Positions 1 through 8,409 of a DNA stretch of 64,000 nt are shown here, in pieces. Every line of letters starts with the position of its first letter. The first letter of the stretch is position 1. The stretch covers positions 7,723 to 71,722 of the forward strand of contig JAFZLK010000106.1 in assembly GCA_017551515.1 (NCBI GenBank), written 5' to 3'. The translations under genes and the position numbers were made by a program. The notes under the pieces were generated by a model. It was not told the DNA's origin. It worked only from the letters and a program-made list of their open reading frames with translations, and did no database searches. The stretch is from Bacteroidales bacterium (GTDB lineage: Bacteria; Bacteroidota; Bacteroidia; Bacteroidales; ML635J-15).

Positions 1-792
1 AATACGCTCTATTCCGAACTGATGAAGCTTCGCAGAAAAAAAATAATGGATGGTAAAGGTCCTGCTGGACAGGCATTCCCATCAAAACCAGAGCCCAAAC
101 TACCTGAGCCTAAACAAGTTCCGACAGCAACAGGCAACAAGGAAATCGGATTTTTGTCGAAAGAGCATGAAATAATCAGGATTTTGCTTCTGTACGGCAA
201 CAAGGTAATTAACAATCCACTCGACCACAACCGCGAAAATCCGCAAAGGCTGAAAGCAGCAGAACTCATGGTCGCACTTATGCTACAGGGAAACATCACA
301 GAACTCCGCAACAAAGTGAACCAACAGATTTTCAAGGAAATATCAGATGCAGTCATAAACGGGCGCGAAATTTCGGAAAAGGAGTTCATCAATAGTCCCG
401 ACCCTGCCATAAGCAGTGTAGCTGCCGATGCATGCGCATCCTCATACGAATTAAGCAAAATGTGGGAAAAGCATGGTTCGGTGTATTACAAGGAGGAAAA
501 CAAACTTGGTGAAATAATCACCGATGTTTACAGAAAGTACCTTTTGGAAATCAGGAAAGACGAAAAAAAGCAACTTTCGGCAGAATTAAAAGTGCAGATG
601 GAAACAAGTAAAAATCTAAAGTCAGAACTGACTGCCATCGAAGCAAACGGAAATTCAGAAGACGAAATCGAAAAACTAAGGACAGCCGTTGCCGAAAGTG
701 ACAACAAATCCATTGAAATTCTGAAAAGAATAAATGAGATCACTCAGGAAATAAAGGAACTGTCGATAACGCAAGGACGAGTAACAATATGA
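1..792 (+). CDS. C-terminal part of a DNA primase (DnaG)-like protein; 5' end lies outside the window
   Basis: Frame 1 is open from base 1 to the TGA at 790-792. The helical, charged C-terminal region resembles Bacteroidota primase tails. ATGA overlap with the next gene. Confidence 0.4.
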   Translation, partial: NTLYSELMKLRRKKIMDGKGPAGQAFPSKPEPKLPEPKQVPTATGNKEIGFLSKEHEIIRILLLYGNKVINNPLDHNRENPQRLKAAELMVALMLQGNITELRNKVNQQIFKEISDAVINGREISEKEFINSPDPAISSVAADACASSYELSKMWEKHGSVYYKEENKLGEIITDVYRKYLLEIRKDEKKQLSAELKVQMETSKNLKSELTAIEANGNSEDEIEKLRTAVAESDNKSIEILKRINEITQEIKELSITQGRVTI

Positions 793-1607
793 TAGACAAG
801 ACAATATCTTTCCCAAACGCAAAAATAAACATCGGACTTGACATTATCCGCCGACGCACGGATGGCTATCACGATATAAGCACGATTTTCTACCCCATCA
901 ACATAACCGATGCAATGGAAATTATGCCATCCGACAAATTCATCTTCGACAATCGTGGCATAAAAATCGACTGCGAAATTGAAAAAAACCTTTGCCACAA
1001 AGCATACAAAATGCTAAAGGAAGATTTCGACCTGCCACCAGTTAAGTTTGTGCTGTACAAGCACATACCTTTCGGAAGCGGTTTGGGAGCAGGTTCGTCT
1101 GATGCGGCATTCACAATAAAGATGCTCAACGAGATGTTTTCGCTGAAACTTTCTGTGGAACAAATGGTTGCATACGCATCGAGATTGGGTGCCGACTGTG
1201 CATTCTTCATCCACAACCAACCAATGCTGGCCGAAGGCACAGGAAATATTTTGCACGAAATAGACCTAAATCTTTCAGGAAAAACACTTGTTCTTGTACT
1301 TCCGCCAATTTCGGTAAACACCGCAAAGGCATACGCTGGCTGTCATCCGTCAGAACCACAATTTCACCTCGAAGAATCGATAAAACTTCCATTGCAACAA
1401 TGGAAAGACCGCATTAAGAACGACTTTGAGCCTACAGTTTTCGCAGAAAACCCAATGCTAGCCGAAATCAAGCGCAAACTTTACGAAAACGGAGCTATTT
1501 TCGCGCAAATGTCTGGCTCTGGCTCTACTATTTATGGCATTTTCGATGAAAAACCACAAAAGTTGGACATACCCAATTGCAAAATCGAAATAATTGAACT
1601 GAAATGA
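789..1607 (+). CDS. ispE: 4-diphosphocytidyl-2-C-methyl-D-erythritol kinase
   Basis: GHMP-kinase layout: N-terminal FPNAKINIGLDI and the PFGSGLGAGSSDAA phosphate-binding motif. 272 aa. Confidence 0.9.
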   Translation: MIDKTISFPNAKINIGLDIIRRRTDGYHDISTIFYPINITDAMEIMPSDKFIFDNRGIKIDCEIEKNLCHKAYKMLKEDFDLPPVKFVLYKHIPFGSGLGAGSSDAAFTIKMLNEMFSLKLSVEQMVAYASRLGADCAFFIHNQPMLAEGTGNILHEIDLNLSGKTLVLVLPPISVNTAKAYAGCHPSEPQFHLEESIKLPLQQWKDRIKNDFEPTVFAENPMLAEIKRKLYENGAIFAQMSGSGSTIYGIFDEKPQKLDIPNCKIEIIELK

Positions 1608-2362
1608 AAAGGACGATAACAACCATAATTGCAATTCTTACCACATTTTTGTCACTATTCTCGCAACAGAATTACGACACAACAGGTAATGCCGAATACT
1701 ACCGCAAGTTTGCATTTCGTTCTTTCTCAAACGAAAATATAACTCTCCCCTATCGTGAAGCCCAACTATGCAGTTCCGAAAACGGCAAATCGGCATTGGT
1801 GATATTCCTACACAGCAGTTCATATCGTGGAGACGACAATAAGTCGCAAATACGCGGCTCTGCAATCAGGAACATTGTTAACTACCTGGAACGCAACAAC
1901 ATAAAATCGATAGTCATTGCTCCGCAATGCGACAAGAACCACTTCTGGAACGACAGTGACTCGAAAGCAAGTTCAGCAACAAAGCAACTGATTGACAAGT
2001 TAATTGCCGACAATGCTAACATCGACAGCAAGCGAGTTTACATTTTCGGAGCATCGAGTGGCGGTTCGGGAGTTTGGCGTATGATTTCCGACTATCCCGA
2101 CACTTTTGCCGCGGCAATGGCTGTCGCCTCGTACCCATACAAGGTGTATCCAAAGAACATGGCACAAACTCCCCTATGCGTAGTTGTTGGAGCAAAAGAC
2201 AAGATTGCCAAACCATCACTAGTAAAGCCAACAATCAAGGAAATCCAGAAATATGGAGGTACAACAAATTTTATAATCGAAAAAGATTGCGACCATCTGT
2301 CTATATATGGCAACGCATTTAACGACAACAACTTGAAATGGATATTCAACAACAAAAAATAG
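1604..2362 (+). CDS. secreted alpha/beta-hydrolase (esterase / S9-like)
   Basis: Signal peptide, GASSGG nucleophile elbow (GxSxG), C-terminal DCDH. ATGA overlap with ispE. Confidence 0.7.
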   Translation: MKRTITTIIAILTTFLSLFSQQNYDTTGNAEYYRKFAFRSFSNENITLPYREAQLCSSENGKSALVIFLHSSSYRGDDNKSQIRGSAIRNIVNYLERNNIKSIVIAPQCDKNHFWNDSDSKASSATKQLIDKLIADNANIDSKRVYIFGASSGGSGVWRMISDYPDTFAAAMAVASYPYKVYPKNMAQTPLCVVVGAKDKIAKPSLVKPTIKEIQKYGGTTNFIIEKDCDHLSIYGNAFNDNNLKWIFNNKK

Positions 2363-2366
2363 TATC

Positions 2367-2948
2367 ATGAAATTCGACTCGCTTTCACAATGCAAAAAAT
2401 ACATAGCTGCAGATGCTTACAGGTACACAGGAACATATAGCAGAATGGCAAGGCTAATGCTTCGCTTGAAAGTCATCGGATTCCGATATACAAGAGTAAT
2501 GCGTATCTGCAGTTATCTGCGCTCCCGCAAATTGTTGTTTCCAATATATTTGATTTACAGACTAAAACTCAATAGGCTGTCATACAAATCAGGAATTCAA
2601 ATCCCCGACACCACCCAAATAGGAAAAGGGTTTTATATTGGACACTTCGGTTGCATTGTCATTAGCGCCCAGACCATAATAGGCAACAATGTAAACATAT
2701 CGCAAGGCATTACCATAGGAAGAACAAACCGCGGAGAAAAACAAGGAGTTCCCACTATCGGCAACGATGTTTATATAGGTCCTGGCGCCAAAATAATAGG
2801 CAAGATAAACATTGGCGACAACATTACAATCGGTGCCAATGCCGTTGTCACTTCGGATGTTCCCGACAACGCCTGCGTTGCGGGAATTCCAGCCAAAATC
2901 ATTTCTTATGCGGGAAGCGAAGGATATGTAAATAGGAAAGTAAAATAA
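2367..2948 (+). CDS. hexapeptide-repeat O-acetyltransferase (serine acetyltransferase / WcaB-like)
   Basis: Left-handed beta-helix repeats IGNNVNISQGITIG, IGNDVYIGPGAKIIG, IGDNITIGANAVV. Confidence 0.75.
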   Translation: MKFDSLSQCKKYIAADAYRYTGTYSRMARLMLRLKVIGFRYTRVMRICSYLRSRKLLFPIYLIYRLKLNRLSYKSGIQIPDTTQIGKGFYIGHFGCIVISAQTIIGNNVNISQGITIGRTNRGEKQGVPTIGNDVYIGPGAKIIGKINIGDNITIGANAVVTSDVPDNACVAGIPAKIISYAGSEGYVNRKVK

Positions 2949-2967
2949 TCAATTAAAATATAATAGT

Positions 2968-3279
2968 ATGATATTAGCAAGCATTGACACAATTCCAGGA
3001 AAGAACTTTGAAGTTTTGGGAATAGTAAAGGGAACAGTAGTACAGTCTAAACACATTGGACGCGACATTTTGGCAGGATTGAAAACCATAGTCGGTGGTG
3101 AAATACAAGGCTACACCGATATGCTTATCGAAGCACGCAACATTGCAACAGAACGCATGACAAAAGAAGCCGAAGCTCTTGGCGCAGATGCAATTATAGG
3201 TATGCGTTATTGCACCTCGGCAGTTATGGAAGGCGCAGCAGAAATTGTTGCCTACGGAACAGCGGTGAAATTTGTTTAA
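2968..3279 (+). CDS. YbjQ/UPF0145 family protein
   Basis: 103 aa. GGEIQGYTDML..AR..A..RM...A..LGADAIIGMRY is typical of the family. Confidence 0.8.
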   Translation: MILASIDTIPGKNFEVLGIVKGTVVQSKHIGRDILAGLKTIVGGEIQGYTDMLIEARNIATERMTKEAEALGADAIIGMRYCTSAVMEGAAEIVAYGTAVKFV

Positions 3280-3282
3280 TGT

Positions 3283-3348
3283 TTCAATGGCTGTCGCCGT
3301 TTCTATGTTTCTGGTTTCTAATTTATTTGTTTCTGGTTAACAACAAGA
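3283..3348. repeat. dispersed intergenic repeat (caatggc..gccgtttcta plus gtttctg/gtttcta words); related to 8311-8385
   Basis: ttcaatggctgtcgccgtttcta here versus ttcaatggcgaagccgtttcta at 8361-8382. The word gtttctggtt is shared. Confidence 0.6.
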
Positions 3349-3445
3349 TGCACAATATTTGTTGCAACATGTGTAGGGGCAGATTTGAAATCTGCTCCTA
3401 CATGTGCACCAAAATATAGAAACAATTATCATTTTTTTACCCAAA

Positions 3446-3475
3446 TCAAAAATCGTATTTCGTAAATCGTAAATA
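3446..3475. repeat. tcgtaaat-word repeat (family also at 14081-14105, 14876-14907, 62405-62437)
   Basis: tcaaaaatcgtatttcgtaaatcgtaaat; the same words recur at the other three loci. Confidence 0.6.
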
Positions 3476-3480
3476 AATTG

Positions 3481-3488
3481 TATTTTTG
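3481..3488 (+). promoter_or_regulatory. candidate Bacteroidota -7 box (TAnnTTTG) for the kamE-rsgA unit
   Basis: TATTTTTG lies 22 nt upstream of the ATG at 3511. Confidence 0.4.
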
Positions 3489-3510
3489 CGGTTTGAAAAA
3501 TTAATTTGCA

Positions 3511-4302
3511 ATGAGCGAAGGTCTATACTCAATGGAAGCCAAGGATTTCGACAAAACCTTGGATTTTACGAAAATAAAGCCGTATGGCGATACAATGAAC
3601 GACGGTAAGACTCAAATCAGTTTTACCCTGCCAGTTCCTGCAGGTGCAGAAGCCGAAGAAGCAGCCAAGCAACTCCTCAAGAGAATGGGATTTGAAAATC
3701 CACTTGTAGTTTACGCAAAGGAACTTACCGAAGGTTTCACATTCTTCAACTGCTACGGAAGCTGTACACATACCGTTGACTACTCGACAATACATGTTCC
3801 GAAGGTTGAATCAACCGTAATGAGCATGAAAGAAACCGATGACTTTATCCGCGAACACATTGGCCGCAAGATTGTCGTTATTGGCGCTAGCACAGGAACA
3901 GATGCTCACACCGTTGGTATAGATGCCATCATGAACATGAAGGGTTACGCAGGTCACTACGGCATAGAGCGTTACGACATGTTTGAGGCTCTTAACATGG
4001 GTAGCCAGGTCACAAACGAAGAGTTCATTGCAAAGGCAATCGAAGTACACGCCGATGCTCTCCTCGTTTCACAAACAGTAACACAGAAGGATGTTCACAT
4101 CAAGAACATGACCGAACTTGTCGAAATGCTTGAGGCAGAAGGCCTACGCGACAAGGTTATCCTCGTCTGCGGTGGTCCGCGTATAAGCCACGAGCTTGCG
4201 CAGGAACTTGGCTACGATGCAGGTTTCGGTGCAAACACCTACGCCGACGATGTTGCTTCGTTCGTTGCACAGGAACTCGACAGGCGATTGAACAACAAAT
4301 AG
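3511..4302 (+). CDS. kamE: lysine 5,6-aminomutase beta-subunit-like B12/PLP-binding protein
   Basis: 263 aa, colinear with KamE as I remember it: GLYSME..KPYGDTMNDGKTQISFTLP and IVVIGASTGTDAHTVGIDAIMNMKGYAGHYG. The second stretch carries the DxHxxG cobalamin motif and the NMKG lysine. Confidence 0.8.
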   Translation: MSEGLYSMEAKDFDKTLDFTKIKPYGDTMNDGKTQISFTLPVPAGAEAEEAAKQLLKRMGFENPLVVYAKELTEGFTFFNCYGSCTHTVDYSTIHVPKVESTVMSMKETDDFIREHIGRKIVVIGASTGTDAHTVGIDAIMNMKGYAGHYGIERYDMFEALNMGSQVTNEEFIAKAIEVHADALLVSQTVTQKDVHIKNMTELVEMLEAEGLRDKVILVCGGPRISHELAQELGYDAGFGANTYADDVASFVAQELDRRLNNK

Positions 4303-4307
4303 TGCCG

Positions 4308-5237
4308 ATGCTTAAAACTGGAACGGTTATACAGTCGAACGGCAGCAACTGCATAGTAGCCTGCGATGAACAAAAGTACGACTGCGTAATCAAAGGTAAA
4401 CTGAGGCAAAAAGGTTACAACTCGACAAATCCCGTAGCAGTCGGCGATATTGTCGAGTTTGACATTTCTATAGAGCCAGCCACAATCGCCAGCATACACG
4501 AACGCCGAAACTGCATAATACGCAAATCAACCAACCTTTCCAAGCAATCACATGTGATTGCCGCCAATATCGACCAGGCTGTATTCGTGTTCACAATGCA
4601 CCACCCCGAAACAACAACCGTCTTCCTCGACCGCTTTCTCGTTTCGGCAGAATCATACAGCATTCCAACAATCATCATTTTCAACAAGATAGACATTTAC
4701 AAGCCCAAGGAATTTGACCAAGTAGCCGAACTTATGGCAACCTACGCCGAAATTGGCTACAAGGTGATTGATGTTTCGGTGACGAAAAATCACAACCTCG
4801 ATGCAGTACGCGAAATCCTAAAGGATAAGGTAAGCCTTATTTCCGGACAAAGCGGAGTGGGAAAGACCTCAATTGTGAATGCTGTTTCGGGACTAAATCT
4901 GAAAACAGCAAGCATTTCCGACTCTCACGACTCGGGCAAGCACACCACTTCATTTGCACAGATGCTAAAACTCGACTTTGGCGGATACATTATTGATACT
5001 CCAGGTGTTCGTGCCTTCGGACTTGTGGAACTCGAACGCAATTGCATATCGCACTATTTCCCCGAAATCTTCAAGACTGCCGAAAAATGCCGTTTCTACA
5101 ACTGCACACACACCAACGAACCAGGCTGTGCCGTGAAAGAAGCCGTAGAAAATGGAGACATCGCGTGGAGCCGATACCATTCGTACACAAACATCTATTT
5201 CGACGAGGACGAAAAACATCGCAGAGAAGACTATTGA
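4308..5237 (+). CDS. rsgA: ribosome small-subunit-dependent GTPase A
   Basis: GQSGVGKTS P-loop, DTPG, and C-terminal zinc knuckle CRFYNCTHTNEPGC. An alternative GTG start at 4302 overlaps the kamE stop. Confidence 0.9.
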   Translation: MLKTGTVIQSNGSNCIVACDEQKYDCVIKGKLRQKGYNSTNPVAVGDIVEFDISIEPATIASIHERRNCIIRKSTNLSKQSHVIAANIDQAVFVFTMHHPETTTVFLDRFLVSAESYSIPTIIIFNKIDIYKPKEFDQVAELMATYAEIGYKVIDVSVTKNHNLDAVREILKDKVSLISGQSGVGKTSIVNAVSGLNLKTASISDSHDSGKHTTSFAQMLKLDFGGYIIDTPGVRAFGLVELERNCISHYFPEIFKTAEKCRFYNCTHTNEPGCAVKEAVENGDIAWSRYHSYTNIYFDEDEKHRREDY

Positions 5238-5315
5238 ACAACAAAAATGACATCCATCCAATATTTTTCGTAAATTTGCGCACTTTACTAATAAAGCATA
5301 ACGACATAAACATTT

Positions 5316-6083
5316 ATGGAAGAACGCCTTATACTAATATCAAACGATGACGGGATAGCCTCGAAAGGCATCGAAACGCTTATACGCATAGCACAACCTT
5401 ACGGAAAACTCGTAGTTGTAGCACCAGTAAACGCACAGTCGGGAAAATCTCATTCCGTATCGCTAACCACTCCCATCAGATATGAAATAAGACACAGTAG
5501 CAAGAATCTCGAAAAATATGTACTATACGGAACTCCAGTCGATTGCGTAAAAGGGGCTCTCACAAAAATCCTTCCACGCAAACCCGACCTGATGCTTTCG
5601 GGAATAAACCATGGAGCAAACTCGGCAATTAGCGTTGTTTACTCGGGAACTATGGGTGCGGCCATCGAAGCATCATTCTACGGAATCCCTTCCATCGGAC
5701 TTTCAATAATCACTCACGATGCAGATGCCGATTTCGAGACAATAGAAAAAACTGCTCCTGCACTTATTGAAAAAGTGCTCGAACATGGTCTTCCAAATCA
5801 GGTTAGCCTCAATGTAAATTATCCAGTCACCACTCCTGACAAATTCAAAGGTTTCAAAATCTGTACACAGACAAAAAGCTACTGGTACGAGGACTTTGAG
5901 GAAACAACCGACCGCTTTGGAAACATAGCATACTATCAGCGCGGGCACTTGGTGAACATGGAACCCGAAAATCCCGACTGCGACGAAAATGCTCTTGCAG
6001 AAAATTACGCAGCAATCGTTCCTGTGCGTGCCGACTTCACTGAATACAAAATGATTAACGAACTAAAGAATTGGAATTTATAA
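5316..6083 (+). CDS. surE: 5'/3'-nucleotidase SurE
   Basis: N-terminal ILISNDDGI and GINHGAN motifs. 255 aa. Confidence 0.9.
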   Translation: MEERLILISNDDGIASKGIETLIRIAQPYGKLVVVAPVNAQSGKSHSVSLTTPIRYEIRHSSKNLEKYVLYGTPVDCVKGALTKILPRKPDLMLSGINHGANSAISVVYSGTMGAAIEASFYGIPSIGLSIITHDADADFETIEKTAPALIEKVLEHGLPNQVSLNVNYPVTTPDKFKGFKICTQTKSYWYEDFEETTDRFGNIAYYQRGHLVNMEPENPDCDENALAENYAAIVPVRADFTEYKMINELKNWNL

Positions 6084-6084
6084 T

Positions 6085-6402
6085 ATGGAAGCAAGACCAA
6101 ACATGATAAAGCGCTTCAACAAGCCCATTTTCGGACTGTTGATTGGTATTATTGTACCTATAATCGCATTCTTCATCTATTTCCTTATCGAACACTTCAT
6201 GTACGGATGGGGATTTGTCGATTTCATAAACAGGCTTATCGAAATCAAGTCGATTCTACCACCAAGTCTCTGCGTTTTTGCCGACCTTATTCCCTATTTC
6301 ATTTTCAAGAAGTTGGATTACTGGTACGCCGTTAAAGGTCTGGTATTCTCGCTGGTAATCTACACGCTGATATTTGTCGTCCTCACATTCATGAAATATT
6401 AA
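6085..6402 (+). CDS. small integral membrane protein, unknown function
   Basis: 105 aa with three hydrophobic spans, packed between surE and lpxB. Confidence 0.5.
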   Translation: MEARPNMIKRFNKPIFGLLIGIIVPIIAFFIYFLIEHFMYGWGFVDFINRLIEIKSILPPSLCVFADLIPYFIFKKLDYWYAVKGLVFSLVIYTLIFVVLTFMKY

Positions 6403-7526
6403 TGAAGTATTTCGTAATTGCCGGCGAAGCATCGGGAGACCTGCACGGTTCCTTTCTTGTTGAACAGATAAAAATTGCCGACACTAATGCTAATATTGAA
6501 GGCTGGGGCGGTGATTTGATGTCGGCGCAAGGAGTAAAACTGCACAAGCATATCAAGGACTTGGCATTTATGGGGTTCGTAGAAGTTGCCAAAAATCTGC
6601 ATACAATTTTTGCAAACATAAAGCTTGTAAAACAGCAGATTACAGACTTCAACCCCGAAGCACTTGTGCTTGTAGATTATCCCGGATTCAACTTCCGCAT
6701 TGCAAAATGGGCGAAGAAACAAGGCTTCAAGGTGATGTATTTCATTTCACCGAATGTCTGGGCATGGAAGGCGAACCGCGTGTACAAGGTTCGCGACAAT
6801 ACCGACAAAATGTACACGATTCTTCCGTTCGAGAAGGCTTTTTACGCAAAATATGGCATCGATGTCGAATATTTCGGGCATCCGCTTGTCGATGTGATAG
6901 CATCGTACAAGGCAAAAAACATTGACGAGTTCCGCCAAATGCACAATCTTCCCGACAAGCCCATAATTGCAACAATGGCAGGCAGTCGCCGACAGGAAAT
7001 AAGCCGTATGCTTCCAATAATGGTCGAAACGGCACGAAAATTTCCGCAATACCAGTTCCTAATCACTGGTGCACCAGCAATCGACAGGGAATTTTACAAC
7101 CAATTTCTGACCGACAAACCCGAAAATATGGAATTGCTTTTCAATAGCACCTACGAAATCCTCTCCCATGCCGAAGCAGGACTTGTCACTTCAGGCACGG
7201 CTACCCTCGAAACTGCATTGTTTGGCGTTCCGCAAGTCGTATGCTACAAAGCTGATGCATTCTCGGTGTTCATTGCACGGCAAGTTTCGAAACACTCTGG
7301 AGTAAAATACATTTCGCTGGTAAACCTAATCCTTGACAAGCCCAGTGTGCGCGAACTCATCCAGGACGACCTTACCGTGCAAAACGCAACAGAAGAACTT
7401 AGCCAAATTATCATAGGTGGAACAAAACGACCGTCCATCGAAAACGACTACGCCGAACTTTACGGAAAACTCGGCGAAAAAGGCGTTTATAAACGAATAG
7501 CGGAAAATATTTGCAGAAATCTATAA
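6402..7526 (+). CDS. lpxB: lipid-A-disaccharide synthase
   Basis: N-terminal MKYFVIAGEASGDLHG and a GT19-type layout. 374 aa. Confidence 0.9.
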   Translation: MKYFVIAGEASGDLHGSFLVEQIKIADTNANIEGWGGDLMSAQGVKLHKHIKDLAFMGFVEVAKNLHTIFANIKLVKQQITDFNPEALVLVDYPGFNFRIAKWAKKQGFKVMYFISPNVWAWKANRVYKVRDNTDKMYTILPFEKAFYAKYGIDVEYFGHPLVDVIASYKAKNIDEFRQMHNLPDKPIIATMAGSRRQEISRMLPIMVETARKFPQYQFLITGAPAIDREFYNQFLTDKPENMELLFNSTYEILSHAEAGLVTSGTATLETALFGVPQVVCYKADAFSVFIARQVSKHSGVKYISLVNLILDKPSVRELIQDDLTVQNATEELSQIIIGGTKRPSIENDYAELYGKLGEKGVYKRIAENICRNL

Positions 7527-7540
7527 TCTATTATGCTGCA

Positions 7541-7592
7541 AAAAAAACGGAATCAGATCCCGAAACAAGTTCGGGATGACATTCCGTTTTTT
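7541..7592. terminator. bidirectional rho-independent terminator after lpxB
   Basis: A-run, outer stem cggaat/attccg enclosing inner hairpin atcccgaa-acaag-ttcgggat, then a T-run. Confidence 0.7.
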
Positions 7593-7620
7593 CATTTCTC
7601 GTTATTGTTATGCAAAACAA

Positions 7621-7650
7621 GGCTCACAATGCATTGTGAGCCTACAAATT
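7621..7650. repeat. palindromic repeat ggctcRcaatgcattgYgagcc plus ctacaa flank (copy 1 of 3)
   Basis: ggctcacaatgcattgtgagcc is a perfect 22-nt palindrome. Other copies are at 14056-14084 and 14852-14879. Confidence 0.8.
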
Positions 7651-7771
7651 ACATCCCCGCTACGCAGGTCTGTGATTTTTGGCTACACCTCAGCAAAACA
7701 AAACTCCTCGTTTGTTTTGTTCTGCTTTCGGTTTGCACAAAAATTGTCAATTGTTCATTGTAAATTATCCA

Positions 7772-8287
7772 TTAATCAACAAACCTTACCCCTTCCAAAA
7801 CTTCATGCAAGTCTGGATTTGTCGGGTCGGTAATATTATCGGTGGCAACACGTACAACATATTTCTTTTCAGTGTTGTATATGTAGCAGCACATCTTGAA
7901 ATAGTCGTTGTCGTCGGTGAAGACCTTCCAAGTGTAGTCACCGATTACAATGTCGTCGTGACGAGTCTCAGCAGGATACTTGGAAATGGTTTCCTCGAGG
8001 CTTGGAGAATCCCAGTGTTTAACTTCAAACTCGATTTTTGTTCCTTTTTTTCTAATTCCAGAATTAGAATAAGCAATATCGACTTCCCATTTTTCGGTTG
8101 GTAAAGTGATTTGATAATCGGAATAGTGATAGTAAGTCTCAGGTTCGGCCTCTACTGTCGGTTCCTGTTTTTCCTGTTCTACATTAATTGCAACATCTTC
8201 CGTTACAGGTTCGGAAGTCTTTCCGTTTGCATTACAGCCCATTCCCGCTATGGAAAATACGGCTAAGAATAATAAAATGTTCCTCAT
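7772..8287 (-). CDS. lipoprotein, unknown function
   Basis: Signal peptide with lipobox-like AGMGC. 171 aa; I recognise no domain. Confidence 0.6.
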   Translation of the reverse strand: MRNILLFLAVFSIAGMGCNANGKTSEPVTEDVAINVEQEKQEPTVEAEPETYYHYSDYQITLPTEKWEVDIAYSNSGIRKKGTKIEFEVKHWDSPSLEETISKYPAETRHDDIVIGDYTWKVFTDDNDYFKMCCYIYNTEKKYVVRVATDNITDPTNPDLHEVLEGVRFVD

Positions 8288-8310
8288 GTTAAGTTGTTTA
8301 TATGTTTTTG

Positions 8311-8356
8311 GTTTCTAGTTTCTAGTTTCTAGTTTCTGGTTTATAGTTTCTGGTTC
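8311..8356. repeat. imperfect heptanucleotide tandem repeat, 6.5 units of gtttcta/gtttctg
   Basis: Units are gtttcta x3, gtttctg, gtttata, gtttctg, gttc. The array lies 24-69 nt upstream of the start codon at 8287 (minus strand). Confidence 0.85.
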
Positions 8357-8399
8357 AATTTTCAATGGCGAAGCCGTTTCTAAATTAACAATCAAGGTG

Positions 8400-8407
8400 C
8401 AAAGTTA
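8400..8407 (-). promoter_or_regulatory. candidate -7 box (TAACTTTG on the minus strand) for the 7772-8287 lipoprotein gene
   Basis: caaagtta on the plus strand. This placement would put the heptamer array inside the 5' UTR. Confidence 0.3.
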
Positions 8408-8409
8408 AA

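Noticed and set aside
3280-3510. Cobalamin riboswitch upstream of the B12-dependent kamE-like gene.
   Set aside because: I could not find a B12-box-like conserved core or the multi-stem architecture. The region is occupied by word-type repeats, one terminator-like hairpin (about 3367-3408) and a promoter box.
7533-8104. Three overlapping + strand ORFs (76, 85 and 141 aa) downstream of lpxB.
   Set aside because: They run through the terminator, the palindromic repeat and then antisense to the 7772-8287 lipoprotein gene. Their translations are low-complexity.
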